A stretch of DNA of 64,000 nt. Source: the human T2T-CHM13v2.0 reference genome, Homo sapiens. The notes beneath the pieces were generated by a model. That model had not been told where the DNA came from. It did not search any database and saw only the letters and a program-made list of their open reading frames with translations. A program made the position numbers and the translations under genes. Each line of letters starts with the position of its first letter. The first letter of the stretch is position 1. The stretch lies in NCBI RefSeq assembly GCF_009914755.1, contig NC_060927.1. One strand, 5' to 3'. This document shows, one piece after another, positions 1-13,122 of this stretch.

Positions 1-52
1 CAAAATTCTTGATATGTCAAAAACCTTAACTTCCCTTTCTTTTGCTTAATAA

Positions 53-742
<690 letters not shown>

Positions 743-1199
743 AACTCATTCATGCACTACCCTGCACAAGTGAGAGTAGCTAGACTTTTCTACTTCATCT
801 TTTTGAGGAAGCTCCGAGGTTTGAAAAGCTAAGGTAGCTAAAGACTAAAGATGTTTAGTTTTCCAAAAGTTGGGAAATGTGGGATCATCTTGAGCAGTTT
901 GGTTGCTGAGGGACTTACAAGAGGATGAATGCCAGGAATCAGGCACCTTAAAGTCAGCACAGCTGATGAAAGATTATTTAGAGATTTGTGGAATGTAAGA
1001 ATCTAAGTATATCAATTATGGGTGGGTGAAAGATGTTTATATTTACTTGAACAACATAGTAGGGACATACAACTATCTACTAAATCAAGTTTAAATTCTG
1101 TAACCTAGATTTTGAGATCCTTTGTTGTTGATCTTTGATGGCATTCTAATTTGATTTCTTACTACTCCCCAGTTGACCTTCTATGCTTTGGCTGAATGA

Positions 1200-1572
1200 A
1201 CTGCCCCCTGAATGTATTTTCTCACCTCAGTGTGTTTGTTCATGCCAGAGGGAAGTCTCTTTGAGGATGCCTTTCTCCACCCGAATCCCTATCTTCCTAT
1301 TTATTCAAATCCAATCTATCCTTTATGCCCCATACCTCTGCTTTCATGAAATACTAATCTTTCCCAGCATGGAGCCACCTCCCTTTCTTTTGAAAGTCCA
1401 TTGCACCTAATTTGAATCTCTTTCAAGCTTGCATGACAATTTTCTTTTCATGTTCTCTCCTTTAATAGGCCATATGCACGTCAAGCCCAGGGTCTACATT
1501 CTGGATCATTTTTGCATCCCTTACAATGCCTTGTACATAGTAGAAACGCAATAAATATTTGATCAATAAATA
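1200..1572 (+). mobile_element. L2 3' end fragment
   Basis: Ends ...atgccttgtacatagtagaaacgcaataaatatttgatcaataaa, a degenerate L2 tail. Confidence 0.55.
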
Positions 1573-1934
1573 CATATTGTCATAAACTGAAATATCTGGA
1601 TAATAGATATTTTTGGCCATTATATTAAATTCTCAATTGTTTCAGTGGCTCTCTGTCATCTTTCTTCTAGATCTGATTCTTATCTTATAGCATCTTTTCT
1701 CATCAATTTCTAATTTCTAGTTACCCAGACTCCCTAGAGCTATTTCTGACCATTTCTTCTTCTTCTTGACTTCATAACTGGTAATTTCTATATCTTATTA
1801 ATTTTTTACTTAATAAGATCTGTTGTTGTCTAGATTTTAGTTGTCTGGGGTTTTCCAACAGCCTGATTGTTTGCCTGTAGGCTTGCCTTCTCTAACATCC
1901 CTTCCCACCACCCCACAAAGCCAGACTCATGTAT

Positions 1935-2350
1935 TGATATGGTTTAGATTTTTGTCCCTGCCCAAATCTCTTGTTGAATTGTAATCCCTAATGTTAGAGG
2001 TGGGGCTTGGTGGGAGGTGATTGGATCATGGGGCAGAGTTCTCATGAATGGTTTAGCACCATTCTCCCTTGGTACTACATAGTGAGTGAGTTCTCGTAAG
2101 ACCTAGGTGTTTAAAAGTGTGTGGCACCTCCCACCCCCGCTTCCTCCTGCTTCCACCACATGAGGTGCTCGCTCTCCCTTTCCCTTCCGCCATGATTGTA
2201 AGTTTCCTGAGGCCTCCCCAAAAGCCAAGCAGATGCCAGCATCATGCTTTCTGTATACCCTGTAGAATCATGAGCTAATTAAGCCTTTTTCTTTATAAAT
2301 TACCCAGTCTCAGGTATTTCTTTATGGCAATTAGAGAATGGACTAATACA
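1935..2350 (+). mobile_element. MSTA/MSTB solo LTR
   Basis: tgatatggttt...gactaataca termini; 5-bp TSD tgtat/cgtat. Confidence 0.92.
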
Positions 2351-2364
2351 CGTATTTAACAAGT

Positions 2365-2975
2365 AGTAGTAATCATAGACAATATTTATTGAGTACTTCG
2401 GAAGCACTGTATTTATATATTGCATCTCATTTTACCTTCTGAATAAACCTAGGAGGTAGTGTTTGGATTGAATGCTTGTGTCCACCCCCAAATTTATATG
2501 GTGAAGCCCTAACCCCCAATCTGACTATATTTGGAAATGGGGCTTTTGTGGAAGTAACTAAGGTCAAATCAGGTCATGAGCATGGGACCCTGATCTGATA
2601 GGATTAGTGTCCTTATAAAAAGAGACACCAGAGACATGGATTTCTTTCTCCGTGTGCACACACCAAGGAAAGGCCACATGGGGAAGCAATGAGAAGGCTG
2701 TCATTTGCAAGTCAGGAAGAGAGCCCTCATCAGAAATGACTAGACTGGCACCTTGGTCTTGGACTTCTAGCCTCCAGAAATGCAAGAAAACCATAAACAT
2801 CCAGTCTATGGTATTTTGTTATGGCAACTTAAGCACACTAAAGTGAGTTAAGTTACATTATTATCCCACTTAATGAATGAGGATAATTAGGTTCAGAGGA
2901 GCTTGATGACTTGTTCAAAGTCTCACAGCTTATAGATTGTAGAGCTAGAATACTAATTGTTGTCTGCCCAATTCT
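2365..2975 (-). mobile_element. MIR split by an MLT1 LTR
   Basis: MIR pieces at about 2365-2455 and 2850-2975 (gatgacttgttcaaagtctcacagct). Confidence 0.6.
2460..2845 (+). mobile_element. MLT1A/B LTR
   Basis: ttgaatgcttgtgtccacccccaaatttatatg...ggtattttgttatggcaac. Confidence 0.85.
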
Positions 2976-2996
2976 AGATTCTTATTTACTTAAATA

Positions 2997-3284
2997 TTTT
3001 GAGACAGGGTCTTTCTCTGTCACCCAGGCTAGAATGCAGTGGTGTGATCATAGCTCACTGCAGCCTTGACCTCCTGGGCTCAAGCAATTCTCTCATCTCA
3101 GCCTCTTGAGTAGCTGGGACTACAGGCATGTGCCACTGTGCCCGGCTAATTAAAAAAAAAAATTTGTAGAGAGGGCGTCTTACTATGTTATCCAATCTAG
3201 TCTCAGACTCCTGGGCTCAAGCGATCCTCCTGCCTTGGCTTCCCAGAGTGTTGGGATTACAGGAATGAGCCACCATGTCTGGCC
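2997..3284 (-). mobile_element. AluJ
   Basis: gagacagggtct..., gatcatagctcactgcagccttgacctcctgggctcaagc (J diagnostics). Confidence 0.95.
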
Positions 3285-3337
3285 CCTCTTTTTAACCACC
3301 ATGCTATATTCTTCATTCTTTCATATTATTACTCCCA

Positions 3338-3872
3338 AAGGTGTGCTGGAAAACTGGCTTTCTGAAACAAACAAAAAGAAGCCTGATTTGTAGGGTTTGT
3401 TGATTTATATGATATAAATACTCCCACATTTTAAGGTACCCATAGTTTAACAAGCAGTTCACATTTCAAGTTACCAATGGTTTAACAACTAGTTCTAAAT
3501 ATTTATTTACTTATTTATTTGAGACAGGGTCTCACTTTGTTGTCCAGACTGGAGTATAGTGGCACAGTTGTGTCTCACTGTAGCCTGGAACTCCTGGGCT
3601 GAAGGCTCAGCCTCTGGAGTAGCTAGGAGCTAGGACTATAGGTGCATGCCACCATGCCAAGTTATTTTTATTTTATTATTTTTTCTTTTTGGAGAGAGGG
3701 AGTCCTGCTATGCTGACTAGGCTGGTCCCAAACTCCTGGCCTCTAGCGATCTGTTTGCCTTGGCCTCCCAAAGTGCTGGGATTACAGGTGTGAGCCACCA
3801 TCCCCAGCCTGGTTTTGAATATTTAATAATTGGCTCTTGTAAGCCAGGACAAGCTGCCTCTAGCCCACCACT
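3338..3872 (-). mobile_element. MER63-type hAT DNA transposon interrupted by AluJ
   Basis: Terminal inverted-repeat remnants ggtgtgctgg / ctagcccaccactg; internal cctgatttgtag...aaatactcccac. Confidence 0.7.
3503..3809 (-). mobile_element. AluJ
   Basis: Diverged dimer with (ttta)n tail; TSD-like ctagttctaaatattt / ctggttttgaatattt. Confidence 0.92.
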
Positions 3873-5489
3873 GGTTGCTCCTTTGCTCTAGAACCTATCA
3901 AGGGAAAAAAGAGTCTAATAAGAGTAAAAGCTCCATGAAAGCAGGAACAATGCTTGTCTTATTAATTAGTGTAGTGGGCCTTCCATAAGTATTTATTGAA
4001 CATTTATTAGCTACTTAGGAGATTTTATGTGTATTACTTCAATTAGCTAATGTTCTGTGCAGGTAAGCATTATTATCTTCATTCTACAGATTTTAAAAAG
4101 TGAGATTAAGTAGAGTAAGTCCCTTGCCATCTTTCCATTCCTATCCTGGGGCAAGGATTTTGCCTCCCCTGTAGTGTCAATAAGCTGAGTTTTAAGTAAG
4201 AGCTCAATAAATGCTTGATGGATGATTGTTTACTTCATCCAGAGAATTCTGACTCCCAAGGCTGTTACATGCACAGCCATTCCTGTTAAATGGTTAAATC
4301 CTGTTTTACATAGGTGATATGTGTGTGTATGTGTGTGTGATGAGATTATTATATGTTTGTGTGCATGTACCTGAAGTAAAAGCATTGGGAAGTGAGGAAA
4401 ATAATAATAAAAAAAGCGTTTTTTTTTTTCTTAAATCCACTCAAAATAGTAAATCCAGAAACAAAACAAGAGGTGTGTTTCTGCTCCACTCTGAGGGTTA
4501 CGCACATACTGTTCAATGCCTGCGAGGAGCCAGATCCAGGGGCCAACCTCCCTTTGAGGAGAGAATAAAAGATACTGTTAATTGGAGCCACATTTAGTGC
4601 TGTGGATTTGCCTGGCATCCTCTCACTCAGACTGAGACAAATTTCTGTGCCAGAAATGCAGGATCTGGAGAGAAGACATCCAAGCTTGATTAATTTTTAG
4701 ACCTGCCTAAGAGTATATCTTCTGGACCCAGAACCAGGGTTGGAAGAGAAAGTGCTGGGCCCCCAAATCCACTCCATGAGGAACAGCTCCAATCAAAGGC
4801 CTATGTACTGAGTGGGAAGTCGGCTGCAGGAGGTAACTACTACATGTGCATTATGTTTAAAATACCATTTCACTCTCTTGAACCTAGTTTGTAAATGGCA
4901 GCTTGTTTAAAGGCCCAAGGATGAAGTGGGTGAATACATACTGATGTCTCAAATCCAGCGAAGCAGAAAAAGGTGCTGCTTCTTCAGGACACTTGACTGC
5001 TATTTGTCTGCAAATTTTCGTACGGAATGGGCAGATGTATGATCGACAGGATGTGAGTGTCATCCTCTAGAATAGAGCAGGGCATAATCTACACATGCTG
5101 GGGCCCTGCAGGGATTATCCAGGGTGTGTGAAAGTATAGTGACGCGGAGGGCAGGGGAGTGAACAGGTAGAAATATAAATTTAGTCAAACTAAAAAAGGA
5201 TTCTTATCCAGGATCTATAATGTGATGTAACATTTATATAATCTTCATCATATTCTGAGTGGCACGAAAATGTTAAAATCTAATTAACCTTTAATGCACT
5301 CATCTGAGATTATTATGTCAATTTTAAATGGATCAAAGTGAAGGAAGGAGAGCAAATTCCTGGTCCAAGAGTGTTGAGGGAGCGGCATGGCTAAGGTTTA
5401 AATGTAATTTTCTCTAGCTCTCGGTTGGAAGGGCTTGCTTTTTCCTCATCTATCCCTGGCCACCAAGAAGAGACTTAAGCAAAGCTTTA

Positions 5490-5580
5490 AGATCCAAGTG
5501 GAAAGTAGCAGAGGCTGAACATATAAATGGATTTGAAGAAGGTTTAGATAAATTAATAGATGACAGACCCATCATGGTAA
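5490..5580 (+). mobile_element. Ancient CR1/L3 3' end fragment
   Basis: gaggctgaacatataaatggatttgaagaaggtttagataaattaatagatgacagaccc resembles the CR1 ORF2 C-terminus (...INGFEEGLDKLID). Confidence 0.55.
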
Positions 5581-6204
5581 CCAAGTGACACCTGAAAAGC
5601 ATCCATGACTATTGTATGCAGTGGCAGCAAACAAGGATGTCTTTTAAGGGGGCCACTGGCAGAGTTAGAGAACTAGGACTCGGGCTGGTATGTGTATGTG
5701 TTGCCTGTCACCCTGGGCCACCCTAAAATTCCTACTAATGCCTATTAATGTTCTCTCTCCCCCCTCCCTCCATCACTTCTTTCCTTTCATTTCCAATTTT
5801 ATAGTCTCCTGCAGGCATAGACTATTGCTGCAAAAGAACAAACAGAACTGGGGCTTTATTTCCAATTGCCTCAGAACCATGGAATGAATGTTCAGTGTGA
5901 GACCTTATTCTTGTCTATTTACTGGAACATCTATTATGATCCTTGCTTTTATAGTTGAGGCCTCCTTATTGTCTGGAAAAAATAGAAAGGGCAGGCTTAC
6001 TCAAATCCTAGTTTCAATTTCAGCTTCCAAATTTTTTCTTCCTTCACTGATTGATTGCTTTATTGACTGAGTCATTCATTCACCAGGAGTAACGAAGAGC
6101 TTTCGTGTACAAAATATTTGACTGGGGTCTCTAAAGATGAATAAATCACAGTTCCTGGTCTCAAAGAGTTATGTATTAATAATGATTATGGTGACAACTA
6201 AGTA

Positions 6205-6363
6205 AAAATGATAATAACAACAGCTAACATATATGGAGAGCTTACTGCATGTTAGGCACTGAACTAATTTCATTATGTACAGACATTAATCCTACTCACA
6301 ATGATCCCATGGAATAGTTATTATATCCTTTTTATAGACCCAGAAACTGAAGCATAGCGAGGG
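6205..6363 (-). mobile_element. MIR (target of the LTR12C insertion)
   Basis: acagctaacatatatggagagcttactgcatgttaggcactg...cagaaactgaagcatagcgaggg. Confidence 0.7.
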
Positions 6364-7748
6364 TGAGGGGTGACAGCGTGCTGGCAGTCCTCACAGCCCT
6401 CGCTAGCTCTCGGCGCCTCCTCTGCCTGGGCTCCCACTTTGGCGGCACTTGAGCCCTTCAGCCCACCGCTGCACTGTGGGAGCCCCTTTCTGGGCTGGCC
6501 AAGGCCGGAGCCTGCTCCCTCAGCTTGCAGGGAGGTGTGGAGGGAGACGCGCGAGTGGGAACCGGGGCTGCGCGCGGCACTTGCGGGCCAGCTGGAGTTT
6601 CGGGGGGGCATGGGCTTGGCGGGCCCCGCACTCGGAGCAGCCGGCCGGCCCTGCCGGCCCCGAGCAATGAGGGGCTTTAGCACCCGGGCCAGCGGCTGCA
6701 GAGGGTGTACTGGGTCCCCCGGCAGTGCCAGCCCACCTGCGCTGTGCTCCATTTCTCGCCGGGCCTTAGCTGCCTTCCCGCAGGGCAGGGCTCGGGACCT
6801 GCAGCCCGCCATGCCTGAGCCTCCCACCCCCTCCGTGGGCTCCTGTGTGGCCTGAGCCTCCCGGACGAGCACCGCCCCCTGCTCCACGGCACCCGGTCCC
6901 ATCGACCACCCAAGGGCTGAGGAGTGCCAGCGCACGGCGCGGGACTCGCAGGCAGCTCCACCTGCAGCCCTGGTGTGGGATCCACTGGCTGAAGCCAGCT
7001 GGGCTCCTGAGTCTGGTGGGGACGTGGAGAAACTTTATGTCTAGCTCAGGGATTATAAATACACCAATCAGCACCCTGTGTCTAGCTCAGGGTTTGTGAA
7101 TGCACCAATCCACACTCTGTATCTAGCTACTCTGGTGGGGACTTGGAGAACCTTTGTGTCCACACTCTGTATCTAGCTAATCTAGTGGGGACGTGGAGAA
7201 CCTTTGTCTGTAGCTCAGGGATTGTAAACGCACCAATCAGCACCCTGTCAAAACAGACCACTCAGCTCTACCAATCAGCAGGATGTGGGTGGGGCCAGAT
7301 AAGAGAATAAAAGCAGGCTGCCGGAGCCAGCAGTGGCAACCGGAGTCCTTTTCCACACTGTGGAAGCTTTGTTCTTTCGCTCTTTGCAATAAATCTTGCT
7401 GCTGCTCACTCTTTGGGTCCACACTGCCTTTATGAGCTGTAACACTCACCGTGAAGGTCTGCAGCTTTACTCCTGAAGCCAGCGAGACCACGAACCCACC
7501 GGCAGGAACGAACAACTCCAGACGCGCCGCCTTAAGAGCTGTAACACTCACCGCGAAGGTCTGCAGCTTCACTCCTGAGCCAGCGAGACCACGAACCCAC
7601 CGGAAGGAAGAAACTCTGAACACATCCGAACATCAGAAGGAACAAACTCCGGACACGCCGCCTTTAAGAACTGTTAACACTCACCGCAAGGGTCCGCGGC
7701 TTCGTTCTTGAAGTCAGTGAGACCAAGAACCCACCAATTCCGGACACA
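6364..7748 (+). mobile_element. LTR12C (ERV9) solo LTR, 1385 bp
   Basis: TG...CA termini (tgaggggtgacagcgtgctggc...ccaattccggacaca); perfect 4-bp TSD aggg (6360-6363 / 7749-7752); CpG-rich U3, enhancer repeats and U5 repeats. Confidence 0.97.
7064..7335 (+). promoter_or_regulatory. LTR12C promoter: four CCAAT boxes, GATA site, TATA-equivalent
   Basis: CCAAT at 7064, 7105, 7233 and 7271; AGATAAG 7297-7303; AATAAAA 7306-7312; TSS expected about 25-30 nt further on. Confidence 0.75.
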
Positions 7749-7799
7749 AGGGGAGCTGACTTTCATTATAAAGATTTTCTCATTGCAAAGTGAAAAAGA

Positions 7800-8800
7800 G
7801 AATAATAACTTTAAAACAAGGCAGAAAGTAAAGAGAACTGGAAGCGAGGAACATGCTCTGAACTAGAACTGGCAACATGAGAGATGAGCTCAGGCTTCAA
7901 AATGGTGTCTGCACTGGGTCTTGAAGGAAGAGCAGAGTTTGGGCATTTAGAAACCAAGAATTCCAGGTGAGGATAATGTGTCATAGATATTTCTTGCGTT
8001 TGGCTGCCCAGCCTCTATTATTTGTTTTTTATACCCAACACTCTGATTTACGGTTGGGGAAATTCTCTCCATCCATTGGGTAAAGTTCACAAAATATTAT
8101 TTACAGAGATGCTCTGATTTCCTCTAGCTAAAGCCAGGTCAATTGGATTTTCTCTGTAATCTGAGCAGAGTGGCAAAAAAAAAAAAAAAAAAAAAAAGCA
8201 ATAATGTGGCCCTCATTTGTTCACTCTGGTTGTGCCCTGAAAAGATTGTCCCACAGTTTTTGTTACTCTGAGATCTTGTCCCCCAACCCCAAACTGAGCT
8301 TTCTAAGCCTAACACTTCAGTTTCTGTGAATTTCTACACATCCTTCCGGTATATCCCCATTTTTCTAAGGTAGCCAAAATCAGTTTTTGTGGCTTGAAAC
8401 AAAGGACTGTGAAGTGCCAAAAGTAAATCCATGTGTGGGCTACACTGCAGAATGCCAAACCTTCCATAGTGTCAGCAGTGCAGAATGCATGAAGGAGAGT
8501 AGTGAGTGACGCATCTGGAAAGGTAATTGGGAGCCAGGTGGTCTGAAGTCAAATGACAGGTTAAGGAGATTGAATTTCACTTGGTGAAAAGGGGAGAACT
8601 ATTAAAACATCTGAACTGGGTAATATGATTACATCTCTTCTTTAAGATTACTCTGGCAGCAATGTGGTCATAAATTGGAGAATGTGGATATTAGAGATAG
8701 GGAGACCAGTTAGGAAGCTATTGTATTGGTCCAGGCAGGTGGTCATGAAGGTTTGGACTCATGGTGTGGAAGTGGAAATGAAGAGATATGCATGGATGAA
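7800..8800 (-). mobile_element. L2 fragments interrupted by an old LTR
   Basis: aagattactctggcagcaatgtgg...ggagaccagttaggaagctattgtattggtccagg is the reverse-complement L2 signature. Confidence 0.7.
7978..8410 (+). mobile_element. Old ERVL-type LTR (LTR16/LTR33-like)
   Basis: Starts tgtgtcatag, ends aaggtagccaaaatcagtttttgtggcttgaaacaaagg; contains an A run near 8176-8197. Confidence 0.5.
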
Positions 8801-10049
8801 AGGGCATTTTGTTCTTCTGGATAGGAGCCAATGGGAGAGAATGCTGATTTGCAACAGAGCTGGTGGGGAGTACATCCCACAGGCATATAGAGCTGATGAA
8901 TTCTGCTGCATTGTACCTTAAGCACCCCAGAGAAGGCTCATAAAGAGGAATGCAGCAGCTCAGTCTGGAAAGCAAATCAGTTGGATTTGGACCAAATTAA
9001 TATCTTGAGTTGTCAATGCTGAAGCTTTGACCACTCTCTGGACAAATAATTTTTAGTTGAGACAGCAGGCAAGAGAAGTTCCCATTGGGAAGATTTGGTA
9101 TTTCTGTATTTTTTTCTGAAAAAATTAAAATAAAAGCCCCAGTTTTTTTTAGTGGTTCATAAAAAGTTGCAAAAGGGAAAGCATTATTGAGCAATAAAAG
9201 GTGTGTTTATGTGTATTCATAAGAAGTGGGCTACAGGCCAACTCCCATAAATGCTTTAGACTTGTACCTCGGTACTGAGCAATTTCAAGAACCCTGGAGG
9301 CTCCTATTTCACTGGGAAAATGGAATGGAGGCAGCTTCTGCAGCCCTTTCAGGCTAATCAACTTGATACAGACTGAATTGGGAAGCCTGCCCCTTTAAGT
9401 GTTGACAGGAAGCAAAATTGTAGTGTAGCAAAAATGGTCTTTGGAGTCCAATTCTTTCTATTCTCCTCTCTGGCTTGGCAAACATCTGTGTCTCCATGTG
9501 CTCCCTTGCGTTTCCAGCCAGTATCAACGGCTGTTAACCTATCTCAATTAACATCCACTGCTTATCAGGTTTGGGGACACCACTTTTCAATGGACATTTT
9601 GTCATCCAGGCACTATAGCATTGTGAAAACTAGATCCTTGATATCCACAGATAAAAGACTTTCTTACAGAAAGCAGGGATGATAGCCTATTCAGCTGGCT
9701 GTGATATTACTTTCCTAGGTCTCAGATCCCAGTAGAGAAGTGGGAGGGACATTTCTAGGGAAGTAGTTGGGGAAACCCTTATCCTTCCACATGAAATCAT
9801 ACTGCAGAAGCAACTGTTCATTCCATACAAGAACAAGGCTAGTTCTGCCTCCCATAGTGTGTATTGCCTGAAACATACAAGGGTCTTGGAGGCCGAAGAT
9901 TTTGCCCTGTAGTCACTTGGCTCTTCAGTCCTTATTACATAGAAACCATCTGGTCATACAGGATTTACGGTTCTCTTGAAGGCAGAATCTATCAGGAAGG
10001 AAATGCCTCAAATATTAAACTTCCTTCTTTTTGCCTAAGTCTTAGCTGA

Positions 10050-10530
10050 ATGCCTTGGATTTTTACTGCTTCTGTAACAAATTTCCATTAATTTAGTGGC
10101 TTAAGACAACATAATCATGGCCTCCTACAGTTCTGGAGGTCAGACCTGGGCTAAGAGCAAGAAGTTGGCAGGGCTGCATTCCCTTCTGGAAGCTATGGGG
10201 CACAATCTGTTTTTTTGCCTTTTCCAGTTCTTGGAGCCTGCTTGTGTTGCTTGACTTATGGACCCATTTCATTTTCGGATCCAGCAATGGCTGTAGGGCT
10301 TTCTCACATAGGATGCTCTAGCTCTTCTTCTGCTTCTTGCTTCTATTTTTAAGGACCCTTGTGATTACATTGAGGCCATTCAGATAATCTTCCTGTTTTA
10401 ATATCAGCAGATTAGCGATCTTAATTCAACTGCAATATTAATTCTCCCTTACCATGTGACATAACACATTTATGGGTTCTGGAGATGAGAACTTGGACAT
10501 CTTCGGGAGGCTATTACACTGCCTGTCACA
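10050..10530 (-). mobile_element. MLT1D-like LTR
   Basis: ctgtaacaaatttcc...agtggcttaagacaac...aaggacccttgtgattacattg...gcctgtcaca. Confidence 0.85.
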
Positions 10531-12128
10531 GTGAGGAAGGATTAAAAAGTCTGCTCCTTCTCTTCTGTGTTCTGGTTACTCTTAAAACCTTTAAAATTCT
10601 TAAAATGTATTCACACTAGCTTACAGGCCTCAAAAGTAGTACATCAAAAAATAGTTTTCAAATGAATTCAGGGTGTAGACCCTGTGTTAGGAGCCACCGG
10701 AAGTACGCAAAAGAACATGTGGGATTATAATGCCTTTAAGGAATTTTTAGACACTGTTTGAGTGAATGAAACACATACACGCAGACAACAGAGTAGAGCA
10801 GGATTTGAGAAATGCCATGGACTGGTTCAGCTGATTCATGCCGTGGGATAATTTAGAAGAGGGAACATCACTCTGAATCCCACTGATGGAACGTTTCCCC
10901 TCCTCCCAACCTACAGTCAGTCTTTCCAGTGGAGCATTTCAGTAAAGGCTTCATGGGAGCAAATCTTCTATTATTTTTTATTGTTGCAGGTATCCCTCAG
11001 CCTGGGGGCTGGGCGTGGGGGAGAACAAATGCCAAGTATTCTCACCAGCTGGCCCTAGATAGCTATAACTTACATGATCCTCCCTTTATACTACCCAATG
11101 CTGGAGAGTGTTCCCCCCTCACCGCCGCCTTTTCTTTTAAAACAGCCGGTTTCTTCAGACTGATAACAAGAATCAGCAAAAGTCTGAGAGCAGGAGTGCA
11201 GCTCATTGGTACAGCAGCCATAGTAAACAAGGAGGAAGGGAATCCCTTCATGAGGACAGGAGGGAAAGAAGGAGGATTTACTTTAAACCTGTAAGTATTT
11301 CCAAGGCGACTGCTGGAGAGAAGTAAACAGCAGCTATAAATAATTTTCTACCCCAAATGCTTTGGGGTCTTTTTAGCTACCTTCACCTGTGAGCATCATC
11401 TGAGACTTGACATATTTAGTGAGGAGACACTTAAAGAGGGGATGGAATGAACATAAGTGCCGTTGGGGGTAGCTCTTGTAGACATTTTAAAACGGAGTCT
11501 TTGTGATTTGCTTCTGTGCCTCCACTATTTGCCGAACAACATACTACTGGTGATACCAGAAATGTGCTATGGTGACTGCTGAAGAGGTAATCTCAGAGGT
11601 GGCTTCCTTCTCTGCAGTGACCATCCAGCCTCGTAAAGAACAACAAAGGTTGAAGGGCTGCCCCATGATTAATATCTGTGGTCAAGAGGGAAAGCCTGGT
11701 TTTTAGTCTGCTGGTAAATGCAGTCAGTGGCAGGTCAGGTTGCTGTCCCCTGGACTTCCTTCAAATTAATTGCAGCATTTCCTATGATAGTGGCTTGGTG
11801 ATGCTGGAAGCCAAAAATTTATTTTCTTGATTATTTAGAGCTGCAGTAAACTGTATATAAGAAGTCAGGTGCATTACCTAAACCATGGTCATATAGGGAA
11901 TGACTTCCTTTTCTACAACTTGCAATGCTGCCCATGATAGGGATGTCGGTCAAATATAAATGAGGGAGTATGACTTGTTTTTGTCATAGAAAAGCAGGCC
12001 TATAATCACAGACCTGTCCAGAGTGAAGGAACTGTAAAGGTTACCATTCTCCCTTTTAAAGAACATATTCCTTCTATACCCTGGATAGATCCAGCCTCTA
12101 CTTGAATATTTCCTATAATGAAAATATC

Positions 12129-12352
12129 ACAGTCTCAGCAAACTTTTTCAACAAAGGGCCAGACAGTAAATATTTTAGGTTTTGCAGGCCCTTGGGTTTT
12201 TATTTTAATGTAACTACTAAACCTGCTAATGTAGGAAACCAGCTATGGACAATATGTAAGTCAATGGGTATGACTGTGTTACAATAAAACTTTATTTACA
12301 AAAACTGGCGATGGGCTGAATTTGACTCACGGGCATAATTTGCCTATCCCTG
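12129..12352 (+). mobile_element. MER58A hAT MITE
   Basis: cagcaaacttttt...aagggccagacagtaaatattttaggttttgcaggcc...aaaactttatttacaaaaac...ccctg. Confidence 0.88.
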
Positions 12353-12807
12353 AGATAGGCCATTATTTTGCAAGACAGCCATAGTTTTTAGAACTTCTAC
12401 CTCGAACTCTTTGAGGACTTTCACTAGTCCTGCAGTGAGTGATTTTCCAGCTTCCCTCCATTCTCTGTTCATTCCCTGATTTGCTTCTGAGGCCCCCTGT
12501 GCACACACTGTCAAATAACTCAAGGCATCGTATTATTATAGTCTGACTTGTTTCTCCTCAACTACACTGTGAAAGTAGAGATCCAGCTTTATTTCGTGTT
12601 ACCACATTAAGCACATTACTTGGTACATAATAATAATTGCTGAACCAATGTTTGCGAAGTGAATAAATGAGAGAACAAAGGAGATTTATCATATATCTTG
12701 AGCCAGAGTCTTGATTAACACTGGCTAGCCCTTTGATTATTTGGAGATGACTACCAATGCAGAGTGGTTCAGGGAAGGGAGGAACACAGATAGATGCTTT
12801 TGTACAG

Positions 12808-13120
12808 ACCTGTACTGTCTGATACCACAGCTGCTAGATATATGTGACTATTGGGCACTTGCAATGTGGCTAGTCCAAATTGAGATGTACTGTAAATGAA
12901 AAACAGGTACTCAATGTTAAACAGTCATTAATGTCTCATTAATACTTTAAAATTATGCTTACATTAAAAAATTATAATATTTTGGATAGATTAGACTACA
13001 TAAAATATATTATCAAAATTGTATCTTTTTTAACTTTTTAAATGTTGCTATAAAAATTAAAAATTGTATATGTGGTTCACCTTCGTGACAACTCATTACA
13101 TTTTTATTGCACAGCACTGA
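12808..13120 (-). mobile_element. MER33 (Charlie1-derived) DNA transposon
   Basis: gcacttgcaatgtggctagtccaaattgagatgt...ttattgcacagcactg. Confidence 0.8.
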
Positions 13121-13122
13121 TG

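Noticed and set aside
4409-4429. A7-GCG-T11 hairpin resembling a terminator
   Set aside because: Low-complexity; intrinsic terminators are not relevant to Pol II mammalian DNA.
6321-7711. Cluster of long overlapping ORFs (up to 204 aa)
   Set aside because: Almost entirely within GC-rich LTR12C; stop-poor composition explains them.
7430-7720. Repeat-spacer-like array
   Set aside because: Normal LTR12 U5 tandem repeats; not CRISPR-like, and the context is eukaryotic.
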